From positions 113,770,001-113,834,000 of the forward strand of contig NC_042999.1 of NCBI RefSeq assembly GCF_006345805.1: DNA of 64,000 nucleotides, written 5' to 3'. Shown here in pieces: positions 52,301 through 63,639 of the stretch (the first letter of the stretch is position 1; each line of letters begins with the position of its first letter). This DNA is from Octopus sinensis. Lineage: Eukaryota. A program made the position numbers and the translations under genes. The notes beneath the pieces were generated by a model, which saw nothing but the letters and a program-made list of their open reading frames with translations, made no database searches and was not told the DNA's origin.

Positions 52301-54993
52301 CTATAGCAGGAAGCCCTTCCTAACACCAACCACTTCGGAGTATACTGAATGCTTTTTATATGGCACTAGTATTTCTGAAATCACCAAGTGATTTGCAAAA
52401 CAAAAGCCTCAACTGAGGAGAGTATGGTACTGAAGTGGCTTTATATCAGGTAATGTGAGGTAAAGTATGACAGTGACAGAAACAGGTATCTTACAGCAAA
52501 GGAGATACATGGCTACCCCAGTTGGAAAAGGAGAGAAGATAGTAGTGAAGATGTATCCTCCAAAGCTACCTGAAGGTGAATATAAGAGGATTCAGAAGAT
52601 TGGACAGAGTGAATGGGTTATATAGGAATTGGAGTAGGTGGTGTTTTACTACAACCATCTCACCATGATGCAGATCATTAATTGCAGGTGAGATATGATT
52701 CTAACTGAATCATAAGAATCAAATGCTATGTAAAATGCATTCATGTCAGTGCTGCATAAATGCACTGGTGCCAGTGGTATGTAAAAACCACCCAGCACAC
52801 TCTATAAAGTGGTTGGCATTAGGAAGGTCATCCAGCCATAGAAACCATGCCACAACAGACAATTGGAATCTGGACAGCCCCTGTCAAACCATCCAACCTA
52901 CATCAGCATGAAAAACAGATGTTAAACCATGATGATGATGATGATAGACTAATGTCAGAGAGATTTGTCTGAGGCAGGAATACAATGTGTGATGGTGAGT
53001 GGAGTCAACAGAAGTTAGAGACGAGAAGAGAGAATCATCTAGTTGGTTTAGTTTTAGTTTTTTTTAGCATTTGAGGAAATGTAGATACAGTTGGTGCAAA
53101 ACGAGGTTATGATAATCCACAGGTGGGGTTATCATGATCTCTGATCCAAATGCTTGCAACAGAAGCAACTCCAATGATGGCTGGCATAACAGTATACAGC
53201 TTAACATGTCAGACACCGCTACCCATCCCTGCAGTGACCATCTATTCTATACTCATATTGTATTAGATAAATGGCAACCTAGAGTTAACGTACACACATA
53301 GGCACACATATATACATGTGCATTTTTATAGATCTGTACAGTTTTATAAAATAGGTGTAGAAACACGCAGACCTATGTGTGTGAGAGAAAGAGAGAGAGT
53401 ACCAAAAATGTGAAACTTCACTCAACAACAGATGCATATATATTGGTATCTCTGTTTCTGTTTACTTTGTCCAATATGTTTGATTTTTCCATGTGCATTA
53501 ATGCATGTGTGCGCACATGCACGTGCACACACATACACACACACTTGCCCACCAAACTTTCATTAAAAAAAGAGAGAATCTTCACAGAAAACACCAATAA
53601 ACTACATACTGGTAAGCGCCACCACATAAACTACCAAGTGTTTTTAGAATACTGTTGCATATGTTCTGTGATAAACTTTGGTTAATACTCAGACAATGAT
53701 TTGTTGATATTTTCTACGTTTTCGTTCATTCTTTTTTTTGTTCTTTCTTTCTTTTCCTTCCACTAATTTCTGTCACTTCATGTATTGGCAACGCCAACAT
53801 CAGTAATAAATAAAAAAAAAAAAGATAACAATAGAAGAACAAGTGCTGTGATGAGACATCAAACAGGATAATGAAGAGACAATGGAGAAGGAAAAGTGAA
53901 CAAGTAGTCAATGCCTGGAAAGTCATTAAACTAATCTATAAATAGATTCATTAGTTGTGATAAAAAAAAAGTTGAAAAGTTGAGAAAAAAAAACTATAGA
54001 AAGATAGTTGTTATCGTTACTGTTATTTTCTAGTGGCCTTGATTACATCTGCATAACCAAACATAAGAGCAGAGAGGTGACTAAATTTAAAACTAAGGAG
54101 GAGAAAACAACAGACAGCATCGCATGTATGTAGAAGCAGGATGTTTACATCAATATCTAAGGGGTACAGGTAATGGCTAGTTTTATGTGGAAGCGAGGTG
54201 CATCCAACAGAAGCAAGCAAATGAGAGGAGAGTACAAAAATGTTTTCAATGAAAATGTTGAGGTAAAAATCAACTTTATCAAATCACAATTCACAACCAT
54301 AAACAACCACAAGCTTTTCAACATTTTTTGCCGTGTCAACTAGCTTTCAAAAATTTTATGAATTTGTTGCTTCTTATATGAGTAAACCATTCAGAATTTA
54401 ACTTCATCAAATATGTTCAAGCACTTAAGAAAATACCGCTCCTACTTACGGCAATGATTTTACTTGTTGGATTTTTATTTCACCTTTAAGCATTCAGATT
54501 ACTGTCAAATGTAAAGCTTATTTATTCACATTATTTCTGAATGAATTATGTAATATCTCATAGCTTTGAGATTTTGAATATGTGATTTTGATCGTGTCAT
54601 TGTTTATAATGACATTGTAGGGTAGTTGTGAGAGGCTACATCTAACAAGTTTAAACATAAAACAGGCAGAATATTTGGGCTAGATATGGCTGGTTTAAAT
54701 GCAAAAAAAGATAAGCATAAATACTAAAATCCTAAAGGAAATCGATAGCTAAATATGAATATTTTAGTTATATTTTCACTTCTATTGCACCAGAAGATAA
54801 GCTGGAGGAAAATTTTTCAGAAACAAATAAATTGAAACAGCTTTCCAGATTTTAAATGCTTTAATATCTTCTTCACTATATCCACTTCTCCTTCAGGAAA
54901 TCTCTCTCTTTTTCTCTCTCTCTCTCATGCTATATATATATTTATATATATATATATCTGTAATATAATATGTGACAATTATTTGGTTGCCAT

Positions 54994-55054
54994 AATAAGA
55001 CTCCGAGTTTCGGATGTCGGGGCAGAAACCTGCTCCAGCTTCTCGTCAGTTATT
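54994..55054 (-). ncRNA. Type I hammerhead ribozyme motif with intact catalytic core
   Basis: Minus strand reads AAUAA-CUGACGA-[GAAGCUGGAGCAG GUUU CUGCCCCGACAUCC]-GAAA-CU CGG AG-UC^UUAUU. Helix I AAUAA/UUAUU, helix III A-U, C-G, U-A, GUC cleavage triplet. Helix II has mismatches. Confidence 0.75.
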
Positions 55055-55718
55055 GAGGCAATCAAAAAATGCTATGAAAATGACCATTAAACAAAGGGTA
55101 ATTACTATGTGATTGACCGTTATTAAGACAAGAGAGCTATTAGAATGACTGTTAAATAAGGGGAAAAAACTGAAGAGGAGGAAGAGAAAAGTAAAGAAGT
55201 AAAAATGATCATAGCAATCGCATATGCATGTACATACATACACATGCCTTCACACACCCACATACATGTGCCTATATGCATATGCTCACTCACACTCGCA
55301 TGAAACACATACATGCACACCCACACATATGCCAATAGATGCACATCTGTATGCAACCATGCATGTACACATATACATGTGCATACACACGTGCACATAC
55401 CCATACACACAGTTATATTCAAATACACATCTCAAAATACGTACATGCTATATATGCATATGTGTTTCATGCAAGTGAATGAGCATATGCATATAGGCAC
55501 ATGTGGGTGTGCATGCACGCATGTGTATGTATGTATGTACATGCGTGCATACGCAATTGCTACGAGCATTTTCACTTCTTTACTTTTTTGCTTCCTGCCC
55601 TTCGGTTTTTCTCTTATTTAATGGTCATTCTAATAGCTCTCTTGTCTTAATAACAGTCAATTACAAAGCAATTTCCCTTTGTTTAATGGTCATTTTCATA
55701 GTATATTTTGACTGCCTC

Positions 55719-55779
55719 GATAACTGACAAGATGCCGGAGCAGGTTTCCACCCCGACATCCGAAACTCGGAATCTTATT
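55719..55779 (+). ncRNA. Type I hammerhead motif, degenerate (G8A core change; AUC site with a helix III mismatch)
   Basis: GAUAA-CUGACAA-[GAUGCCGGAGCAG GUUU CCACCCCGACAUCC]-GAAA-CUCGGA-AUC-UUAUU; paralog of 54994-55054. Confidence 0.6.
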
Positions 55780-55892
55780 AAGGCAACCAAATAATTGTCA
55801 CATATTACAGATAAATTCCTCTATTTACCTAATATCGAGGTCTCTTTCATTCTTTTGTTGTCTTACCATTATCATATATATATATATATATG

Positions 55893-56369
55893 GCTTTTTG
55901 CAGCTAAGGTGTCTATGACTCCTATTTCTAGCAATGGTGATACTCACAGCACCCTTGTCACTCTTAGTGATGGTGAATTATTTCTTTGTTGGTTTTAAAT
56001 TGCTGCTAGCCACTTTGATTATTTTACAATTTTCACATTGCCATTTTGTGAAATCAGTCATTGATTCCAATGGCATTCTCCGTAATATTGACAGGAGTGA
56101 GTTGGCCTCTACCAGCTGTAATGGAGTGAGCATTACTGATGAGTATTAATTTCCTATACAAAATTAGCATGCTAATCTAATGCATCTCGTTCATAGTAGA
56201 AAGGGTTTTCTCCCGTGTCAATACAAAGAGACCATATGCTTTTTGTAGTGAAGGAGTCCACGACTCCTATTTCTAGTAATGCTAGTGCTTACTGCACCCT
56301 TGTCACTCTTAGTGATGGTGAATTATTTCCTTGTTGGTTATAAATTGCTGCAAGCCATCTTTATTATTA
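55893..56369 (+). mobile_element. Retrozyme/Penelope-pLTR-like unit: about 130-bp direct repeats at a 345-bp period enclosing a hammerhead
   Basis: 55893-56023 matches 56238-56369 (gctttttg...gactcctatttctag...gcacccttgtcactcttagtgatggtgaattattt...aaattgctgc); flanked by (TA)n and (CA)n. Confidence 0.7.
56130..56183 (+). ncRNA. Minimal type I hammerhead ribozyme motif with a G12A change
   Basis: GCAUUA-CUGAUGA-GUAU(UAAUUUCCU)AUAC-AAAA-UUAG(CAUG)CUAA-UC^UAAUGC. Helix I (6 bp), helix II (4 bp) and helix III (4 bp plus A15.1-U16.1) are all perfect, and loop 3 is palindromic. Only GAAA is changed, to AAAA. Confidence 0.8.
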
Positions 56370-56378
56370 TTGTTATTT

Positions 56379-56420
<42 letters not shown>

Positions 56421-58081
56421 GTAATTTGTGCAGGTGATTTTTCAGGATAAAAATTGTTAAAGCTTCTACTCATGTAAAATTCACACTCAAAAGTTTTCTG
56501 AATTGCCGATATGGCCAAGGGGTAAAGGTTTTCAATTTAATTGTATTTAGCATAATTTCACTTACTTATGCTTTTATTAAATTTTATTAAATTTTCATTA
56601 GATAAAAATATTTTCTGTTTAACAGGTATCACATTAAAAGCTTTTAAATTACAAAGTATTTGTGTTGTTTATAATAAACTTTATTTTACATTTTTTGCCC
56701 AAGTGATTATGTCCGATCTTTAGCATACTGCTATATGTCTTCTCAAATCAAGATCACAGGTAAAGTTGTTGATAAGAATTAACAACAAAAACAAAGCTGG
56801 TAAATATGCACAGGTGTTGCAAATTAAGTTTAATTACCAATAAACATCAGCTTGGATGACATTTTACTTAATCACATAAAATATGTAAAATATTGCCTAG
56901 ACTGTGATTACCAGTATGAATGACAGACTTCAAAAAGTAGTTAAATATTTAATGGTATTAGTAAATTTATACAGAAAAAGTAAGCATTATACCATCCAGC
57001 ATAAATAAAAGTCAACTTCGTTATATTTAAGCCCTTATTTTTTTCTGCAAAACTTATTCTGACATTAAATCAGTCAATTTCTGACACAAATGTTTATGTT
57101 TTGTACATATTTTTTCAACAAAAAAAATTTCTAAAGAAATTCTGGCAATGATCTACTCATGAAATTTATGCAACCCTAAAGTTTATTTTTATTTTTGTGA
57201 GATATATATATGTGAGACTGCATTAGATCCCCTAATACACCATGCTGTGCTGCCAGCCATTAGTTTCTCTCATCTAAACTACTTCTATTGCCACTCCTCA
57301 CATACTTTTGTATTTCTCTCATAATCTGATTCTACCTTCATCCCACTTGTTATTGCCCATAACCCCCTATTCAATCTCTACATATTGCTGCCAGCCTCCC
57401 ATCATACTCTTGATCCTTCCTTACCCCAATCTGTTTGTTCTAATGTCATTTTCCTCTCTCTCCTCTCCAATTCCTGTCAGTCACCTGCGCAAATGCATTT
57501 GCTCTTACATACTGAACACTCTCTATATCTACATTTACTCCCCTGTCCCTACCTCTCTGATACCCACTTCTGGCTTTTCTACCATCTCTGTTCCTGCTTT
57601 AAATTTACATTTACTGTGAACATGGCACCTATTGTCCACACTTATACACTGGTTAGCTAACTGAGCAGAGGAAGTGTAAGGTTATGAGCCCCCTCTAATT
57701 CTCCATCACCAAGGGCTACACACACTTTCCAGAGTTGGCACCACAAGAAAAATGTACTCAGTACATTCTGTACAGTGGTTGGTGCTAGGGAAGGCATCCA
57801 GCCATAGAAACTAACCCAAATGACATATGAGCACCTAGTCTCTGGGAACAGTAGCCTTCAATGAGGCAACTCAGACATGGAAGACATGTCTTTATCTTTC
57901 ACATTTTATTTGTGGCAGTGATTAGGTTGGGGCACTGCATTGAAAAATTTTTAATCGAATGAATCAACCCCAGTTCTGTTTATAAGCCTGGTACATATTT
58001 TATCAATCTCTTTGTGTGTGTGTGAGAGAGAGGGGGGCTTGCAATTACTTATAAAACAAGGCAATGGGTAACGAGCACAGA

Positions 58082-58399
58082 TTTTACTCATTTGCATATT
58101 AGGACATTCATTGGTGGTGTGTTAAAACAGAGACAACAGGTGCATGGGTAAATGCAAATAATTTACAAGCATATAATTCAACAAACAAACATACATTCAA
58201 CATTGTTGTGTAAACAGACATTGCGGTTACACCACGTAGCTCTACAAGGAACCAGAGAACAATTCAACTCATTACACCAGGTCATTACAAACTCATCAAG
58301 CAGGTTTACTTTTGTTTCTTCAACAATTTAATACGCAAATGTACTTTAATTAATCAATATGTGACTCCAACAAGTGTACTGATATGCAAATGAGTAAAA
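58082..58399. promoter_or_regulatory. Segment bounded by 20-bp inverted repeats containing octamer (ATGCAAAT) motifs; MITE or POU-site cluster
   Basis: ttttactcatttgcatatta (58082-58101) versus tgatatgcaaatgagtaaaa (58380-58399) match 19/20 as an inverted pair. Octamers at 58090, 58152 and 58384. Confidence 0.35.
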
Positions 58400-58466
58400 A
58401 TAGCACCTGTTATTTATCTTAGTTTTCCTAAATAACTTAACTTCTCTCTCTTCCTCTGTCTGTCTA

Positions 58467-58509
<43 letters not shown>

Positions 58510-58940
58510 CTATCTCTCTCTCTCTCTCTCAAAACAAAGCAAACACTCTTGATGCGTCAGTAAAAACAAAGTGAAACTGGTCACATTGTTCTTGTGCTGC
58601 ACACAGACCCTGTGATTTAAATACAGGATCTCTTTGCATAGCAAGAGGCAAAAGTGTAGGTTTACTAAACATGTGCATATAATTCACACACACACTACCT
58701 CAGTAAGTTGACTCTGTCAAAAGAAAAATCCATATTTATTCATATTGCTTTAAATTAGTCATGCATTACCTTGTAGCTTTGAGATTTCAATGATGTGATT
58801 GCTTATTTTTAGAATGACATTGTAGGACAGGCATAAGAGACCAGATACAGCCAGTTAGAACATAAAACAAGCAGAATATTTAGATGAAATAATTGTTTCA
58901 CTTGTGCTGCATACTACAAAAAAAGATATAAGTATACAGT

Positions 58941-59482
58941 ATGTGGAACCCAAATATCAAGCTCCTTAACAAGTCCAAGACATTTTAAGTGATTTTCAAT
59001 TGTTATGTGTGATACATTTGACCTCTTTGCAATCTCTTGCTCATTTCTTTGACAATCAGATTCAATTATGGATTTGATTCAGTCATCATCAACTTCAGTA
59101 GGTGAACCAGAAAGTTGGTCATCTTTGAGTGAAAAATCTCCAGAATGGAATTTTTAAAACCATTTATGACATGTGCATTCTGTTTAGCAATCAACACCAT
59201 AAACTTTACAGATCTCTTTGTGAGCCCTAGCAGCTTTCTTGCCTTTATGGAAATAAGAAAGCAAAATATGGTGAAAATGTTCGTTTTTGCACTCCATATT
59301 AAAATTGACAGTGAACTAACAGCTGTAAACAAAATTATGTGCAATTTGCTTCTAAAGTAAGCTAAAAGTAACGGCTATCAAATGTCAAAAGGAAAGCAAT
59401 CATAACACTGACAAAAGTCATTCAAAAAAATCGTAACTATCTATTTGCAAAAAAACGAAATTACTTTCTTGCTAATCTAATA
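58941..59482 (-). mobile_element. Mariner transposon 5' half (TIR plus transposase N-terminus to WVPH), pseudogenised
   Basis: ATG at 59297, 119 codons: MECKNEHFHHILLSYFHKGKKAA...KWF*KFHSGDFSLKDDQLSGSPTEVDDD*IK...TIENHLKCLGLVKELDIWVPH, with 3 stops and no frameshift. The TIR ta|ttagattagcaagaaagtaatttcg starts at 59480. Confidence 0.92.
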
Positions 59483-60801
59483 ATTTCTCTACTCCTACTA
59501 AACATCAATTTGAGTGTCTCCTTCATATAAAACCATATGTTCTATGTATTCTCATTAAATACATACTAATTCTCTAATCTTCATAATAACTACATTAATC
59601 TAATAACTGTTCTGTTGGGTTTTTTTGTTTGTTTGTTTTTTTCGGTTTTTTGTTATTGCTGTTAATAATATCTTTCTTCAAACATACTCGATCAGTCTAT
59701 GATCAAGTAAAAGTATGATACATCTTGTCCAAAAATACAAAATGACAACAGTGGCACATTTGATTTTTCTTTCTCTCCTCTCTCACACACATAAAACCCC
59801 CCAATACTTAACCATCTTAAACAGGAAAAAATATTGTCTTTCATCACAGAATAGTTCCTAAATTTGGTTTTTATTCAAATTTTACTCTATCAGTTTACCC
59901 CACCAACACATTTTCTTGACTGATGTTATTCATCTAATGAATATATATGTGTGCGTGTGATGTTTTAAGTTCATTGCTGAGTGTCTTATCTCCATTTCAC
60001 ATTTTATGGAATCAATGTAACGGCATAACTTCTTGTGGAACATGAAAATATCTACAAACTACCAAGTTAACAAAACAAACGAAACATTCAATCAACAGGA
60101 AAAACTGAAGCTCAATGAAGGACAAATTTTCAAAATGTAAATGGACATGCCCCAGCTGTTTCAGATTTATTTCTCACCATGAAAATATCTTAAGATAAAC
60201 AACTTCAAGCAGAACATTTACATATCCTCCTTCTTCCAAATTTGATGCTATATTAATATTTTCTCAACTCATCAGTAATACAGGTAGCCACATAGCTCCT
60301 CTACAGCAAGAGACCACTTCTGCTCTGTCCCTTTCTTTCATACTTTAACCCTTTATCTCCTAGTATTAGGTCAACCACTCTCTATTCTAGTCTCACTCAG
60401 TCGATGGGAATCTTAGTCTTGCAAGCTTCATGGCGACTTCACTAGTGCTGGCACCATGAAAAATAGCAGCCATTCGCACTCTGAAAAGTGGTCAATATTA
60501 AGGAGTACATCAAGTCACAGAAACCATGTCAAAGCAAACTTGGAGCATGATGCAATCTTCAGACCCTGTCAAATTGTGTAACCCATGCCAGCCAGCATGG
60601 GAGATGAACTTTAAAACAAAAAAAAAAACAAAAAAAAAATGGTTGATAACTAATATTTTCAAAACTGCTTTAGTTCTTGCAGTAGTTCAGTAAAGTTGTG
60701 TGAGTCTAATTAGAAATTATATTTGTTACCAAATATCAATGCCAGGCATCACTCACTCACTCACTGAGATTTATTTTATCACTAATACATAGTCGTAATA
60801 T

Positions 60802-61170
60802 AGGCGTTGGAGTGGCTGTGTGGTAAGTAGCTTGCTTACGAACCACGTGGTTCCGGGTTCAGTCCCACTGCATGGCAGCTTGGGCAAGTGTCTTCTACTA
60901 TAGCCTCGGCCGACCAAAGCCTTATGAATGGATTTCGTAGATGGAAACTGAAAGAAGCCCATTGTATGTGTGTGTGTGTCTGTGTTTGTCCGCCCAACAT
61001 CACTTGACAACCGATGCTGGTGTATTTACGGCCCCATAACTTAGCAGTTCAGCAAAAGAGATCAATAGAATAAGTAATAGGCTTACAAAGAATAAGTCCT
61101 GGGGTTGATTTGCTCGACTAAAAGGCGGTGCTCCAGCATGGCCACAGTCAAATGACTGAAACAAGTAAAA
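60802..61170 (+). mobile_element. Young full-length SINE family B (CORE-like central domain)
   Basis: A-box-like tggctgtgtgg, B-box-like gggttcagtccc, cttgggcaagtgtctt core, (GT)n and tail; CpGs retained. Confidence 0.85.
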
Positions 61171-61214
61171 TAGTAAAACACTTACTTATAACAAATGTTT
61201 CTATTGCCATTGCT

Positions 61215-61376
61215 TTAACCCTTTAGCATTTAAACTAGCCATATCCAGCCTCAAATATTCTACCTACTTTTTGTTTAAACCAGCAAGATCTGGCTTCTCA
61301 AATGTATCCTACAATGTCATTTTAAAGATAAACACTCACATCATTGAAATCTCAAATAAACATTACAAAGGGTTAA
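61215..61376. mobile_element. piggyBac-like MITE family 1, internally deleted
   Basis: ttaa|ccctttagcatt ... caaaggg|ttaa. Confidence 0.85.
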
Positions 61377-61744
61377 GTCTCATGTCAAAACATCATAAAT
61401 GTTATTCTTGGCAAGCAATTTGATTTATTCATTTTTTTTCTCTCTAAAATATTTTTTCCTCTTACATTAATTAAGTACTCCCAAATATTGAATGCATTTT
61501 ATTCTCAATTAGAATTCTTATATGTCTTAGATATAAGTGACACGGATGTAAGCAAATCAATACAGGTTGTCAAGCACTGGTGGGACACATACACACAATT
61601 GCCTTCTTTCAGTTTCTGCCTATCAAATCCACTCATGAGGCTTTGGTTGGTTCAAGGTTATAGTAGAAGACAGTTGCTCAAAGTGCCATGTAGTAGGACT
61701 GAACTAAGAACCATGTAGTTGGCAAGCTAATTTCTTACCACATG

Positions 61745-61944
61745 CCTGACTGGCCCTCATGCTTGTGGCACATAAAAGCACCCACTACACTCTCGGAGTG
61801 GTTGGCGTTAAGAAGAGCATCCAGCTGTAGAAACTCTGCCAGATCAGATTGGAGCCTGGTGCAGCCATCTGGTTCGCCAGTCCTCAGTCAAATCATCCAA
61901 CCCATGCCAGCATAGAAAGCGGATGTTAGACGATGATGATGATG
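61745..61944 (+). mobile_element. (ATG)n-tailed SINE/RTE-like 3' end, family C (others about 6960-7215, 52190-52400, 52760-52945, 57720-57830, 60410-60610)
   Basis: tggttggcgtta.gaag.gcatccagctgtagaaac ... ccatgccagcat.gaaagcggatgtta..cgatgatgatg. Confidence 0.75.
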
Positions 61945-61973
61945 ACCACCATATCTGTGCCTATATTACATAT

Positions 61974-62019
<46 letters not shown>

Positions 62020-63134
62020 ACACGTGTACCTGTGTGTTTGATTATATTTGCATTCTGTGAATGAGCTACAAATAATGAGAGAGGTGTTGCATTTCCCTTT
62101 AACATATCACCCACCGGCTTTTTGCCTTTCAATATGCAGGAGGCAAGAGATCCTTTCCTTGAAAAACAGGTAAGTGTAAACAACAAGAAAGGTATCAGGC
62201 TATGAAACAAATGCTTTGATAATATTTTTCAAACCTATGTTAGCATAGGAAAAGTGAAAGAGAGACATGGGGTGAGAGATTGGAGACTGCTTTTCTTTGA
62301 AAGCTGTTATATTAAAAATGTGAACATATTCGATTTCAAACTTTTACATTAAAGGTTTTTCATAATTCATCATCATTTTTACTTGCACTTTACCATGCTT
62401 GCCAAAGAATGGACTACTAAGTAAATATGAAAAATCCTAATGAAAAAACTCAAGTTGACATTACTTTTCCTTCAATACATACATACACCTATATATTACA
62501 GTGGCACATGTGTGTGTGTGTGTGTGTGTGTGTGTTACACATGCATACATGTATTACACAAACACATACATATATTATGCATATATATTTATCACGCATG
62601 CGCACATACATATATGTTACATGTGCATACATGTGTGTGTGTATACATATATGTGTATGTGTGTGTGTGTGAGTTATATACATACAGGTGATAAAAAGTA
62701 GAGTTATTTTTATGTTGAATGTCTCGTTATTCACAAAAAGAATCAGCTCACTGTGTACAAAGAAGTAACCTGGGGGTGGGGGGATCATGCTTCACCAACT
62801 ACAATACAAGGAATTTAGATGTCGTAGAACACCGACTGTAGGAACCGGCTCTACTTCCATCAGCAGCCATACAATGAGTGAGTGATATGTGCCTAGAACA
62901 TTTACAGTTTATACATTCAATCAACTTCCTTTCAGACCACAAACTATGAAGAGTCACTTACTATTAATGGTGAATTGAAGATGATATTACAAATTAGAAA
63001 ATTATTCAAAGTTTTCAGCAACTTCATGCTCCCTCAGCAGCTTCGAATTGCAAGAAACCATGTAACATCATAACAATGGAATATTTTCCCTCAAGTAGGA
63101 AGCAAATAAATAAACATATCCTCCTTGAAAAACA

Positions 63135-63266
63135 TATCTATACATACATACATGCATGCATGCATGCATGCATGTATGTATGTATGTATGTATGTATGTA
63201 TGTATGTATGTATGTATGTATGTATGTATGTATGTATGTATGTATGTATGTATGTATGTATGTATG
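63135..63266. repeat. (ATAC)n/(ATGC)n/(ATGT)n tetranucleotide microsatellite
   Basis: Directly visible. Confidence 0.95.
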
Positions 63267-63639
63267 TGACTAATCTATATTTAACTTTGAAGAATTGTGG
63301 AATTGAGTGCCAACATGAATACAGCTTGCCAACAAGCAAATAAATATAACTTTTTCATCACTAGCTATATCAACAGTGCACATTTATATCTTCATTAAAT
63401 GAAGGTTACTCTTATATCTGAAGAGATGGAGAAGCAAAAAGCATTTCAAAAATTTGCCGTCACTGAAGTCGCTAACACTGTGTATGGCTGAGAAGAGATA
63501 TTGCTGCTAAGGGTATTTAAACATGGAAAGCATTTCCTTCATTCTTATATTCTATGTAAGCAGACCTATTCATGCAATAAAAACTCACACAACACCAAAA
63601 TTCCTGCACCAACAAAACACTTTAAAACATCAATAGGGT

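Larger units (their letters stand above)
54955..55813. mobile_element. Approximately 860-bp fold-back element (arms about 54955-55318 and 55447-55813), Penelope-like/hammerhead-bearing
   Basis: The arms are reverse complements (atctgtaatatgtgacaattatttggttgcc... ends) with substitutions and indels; each arm carries a hammerhead motif. Confidence 0.85.

Noticed and set aside
54034-54125. Plus-strand AG...GT open segment GLDYICITKHKSREVTKFKTKEEKTTDSIA
   Set aside because: Good splice sites but isolated and phase-incompatible with the other candidates; cannot be supported without RNA data.
60802-60875. tRNA-like A/B boxes here and in other SINE heads
   Set aside because: No complete cloverleaf; they continue into SINE core and tail, so they are SINE heads, not tRNA genes.
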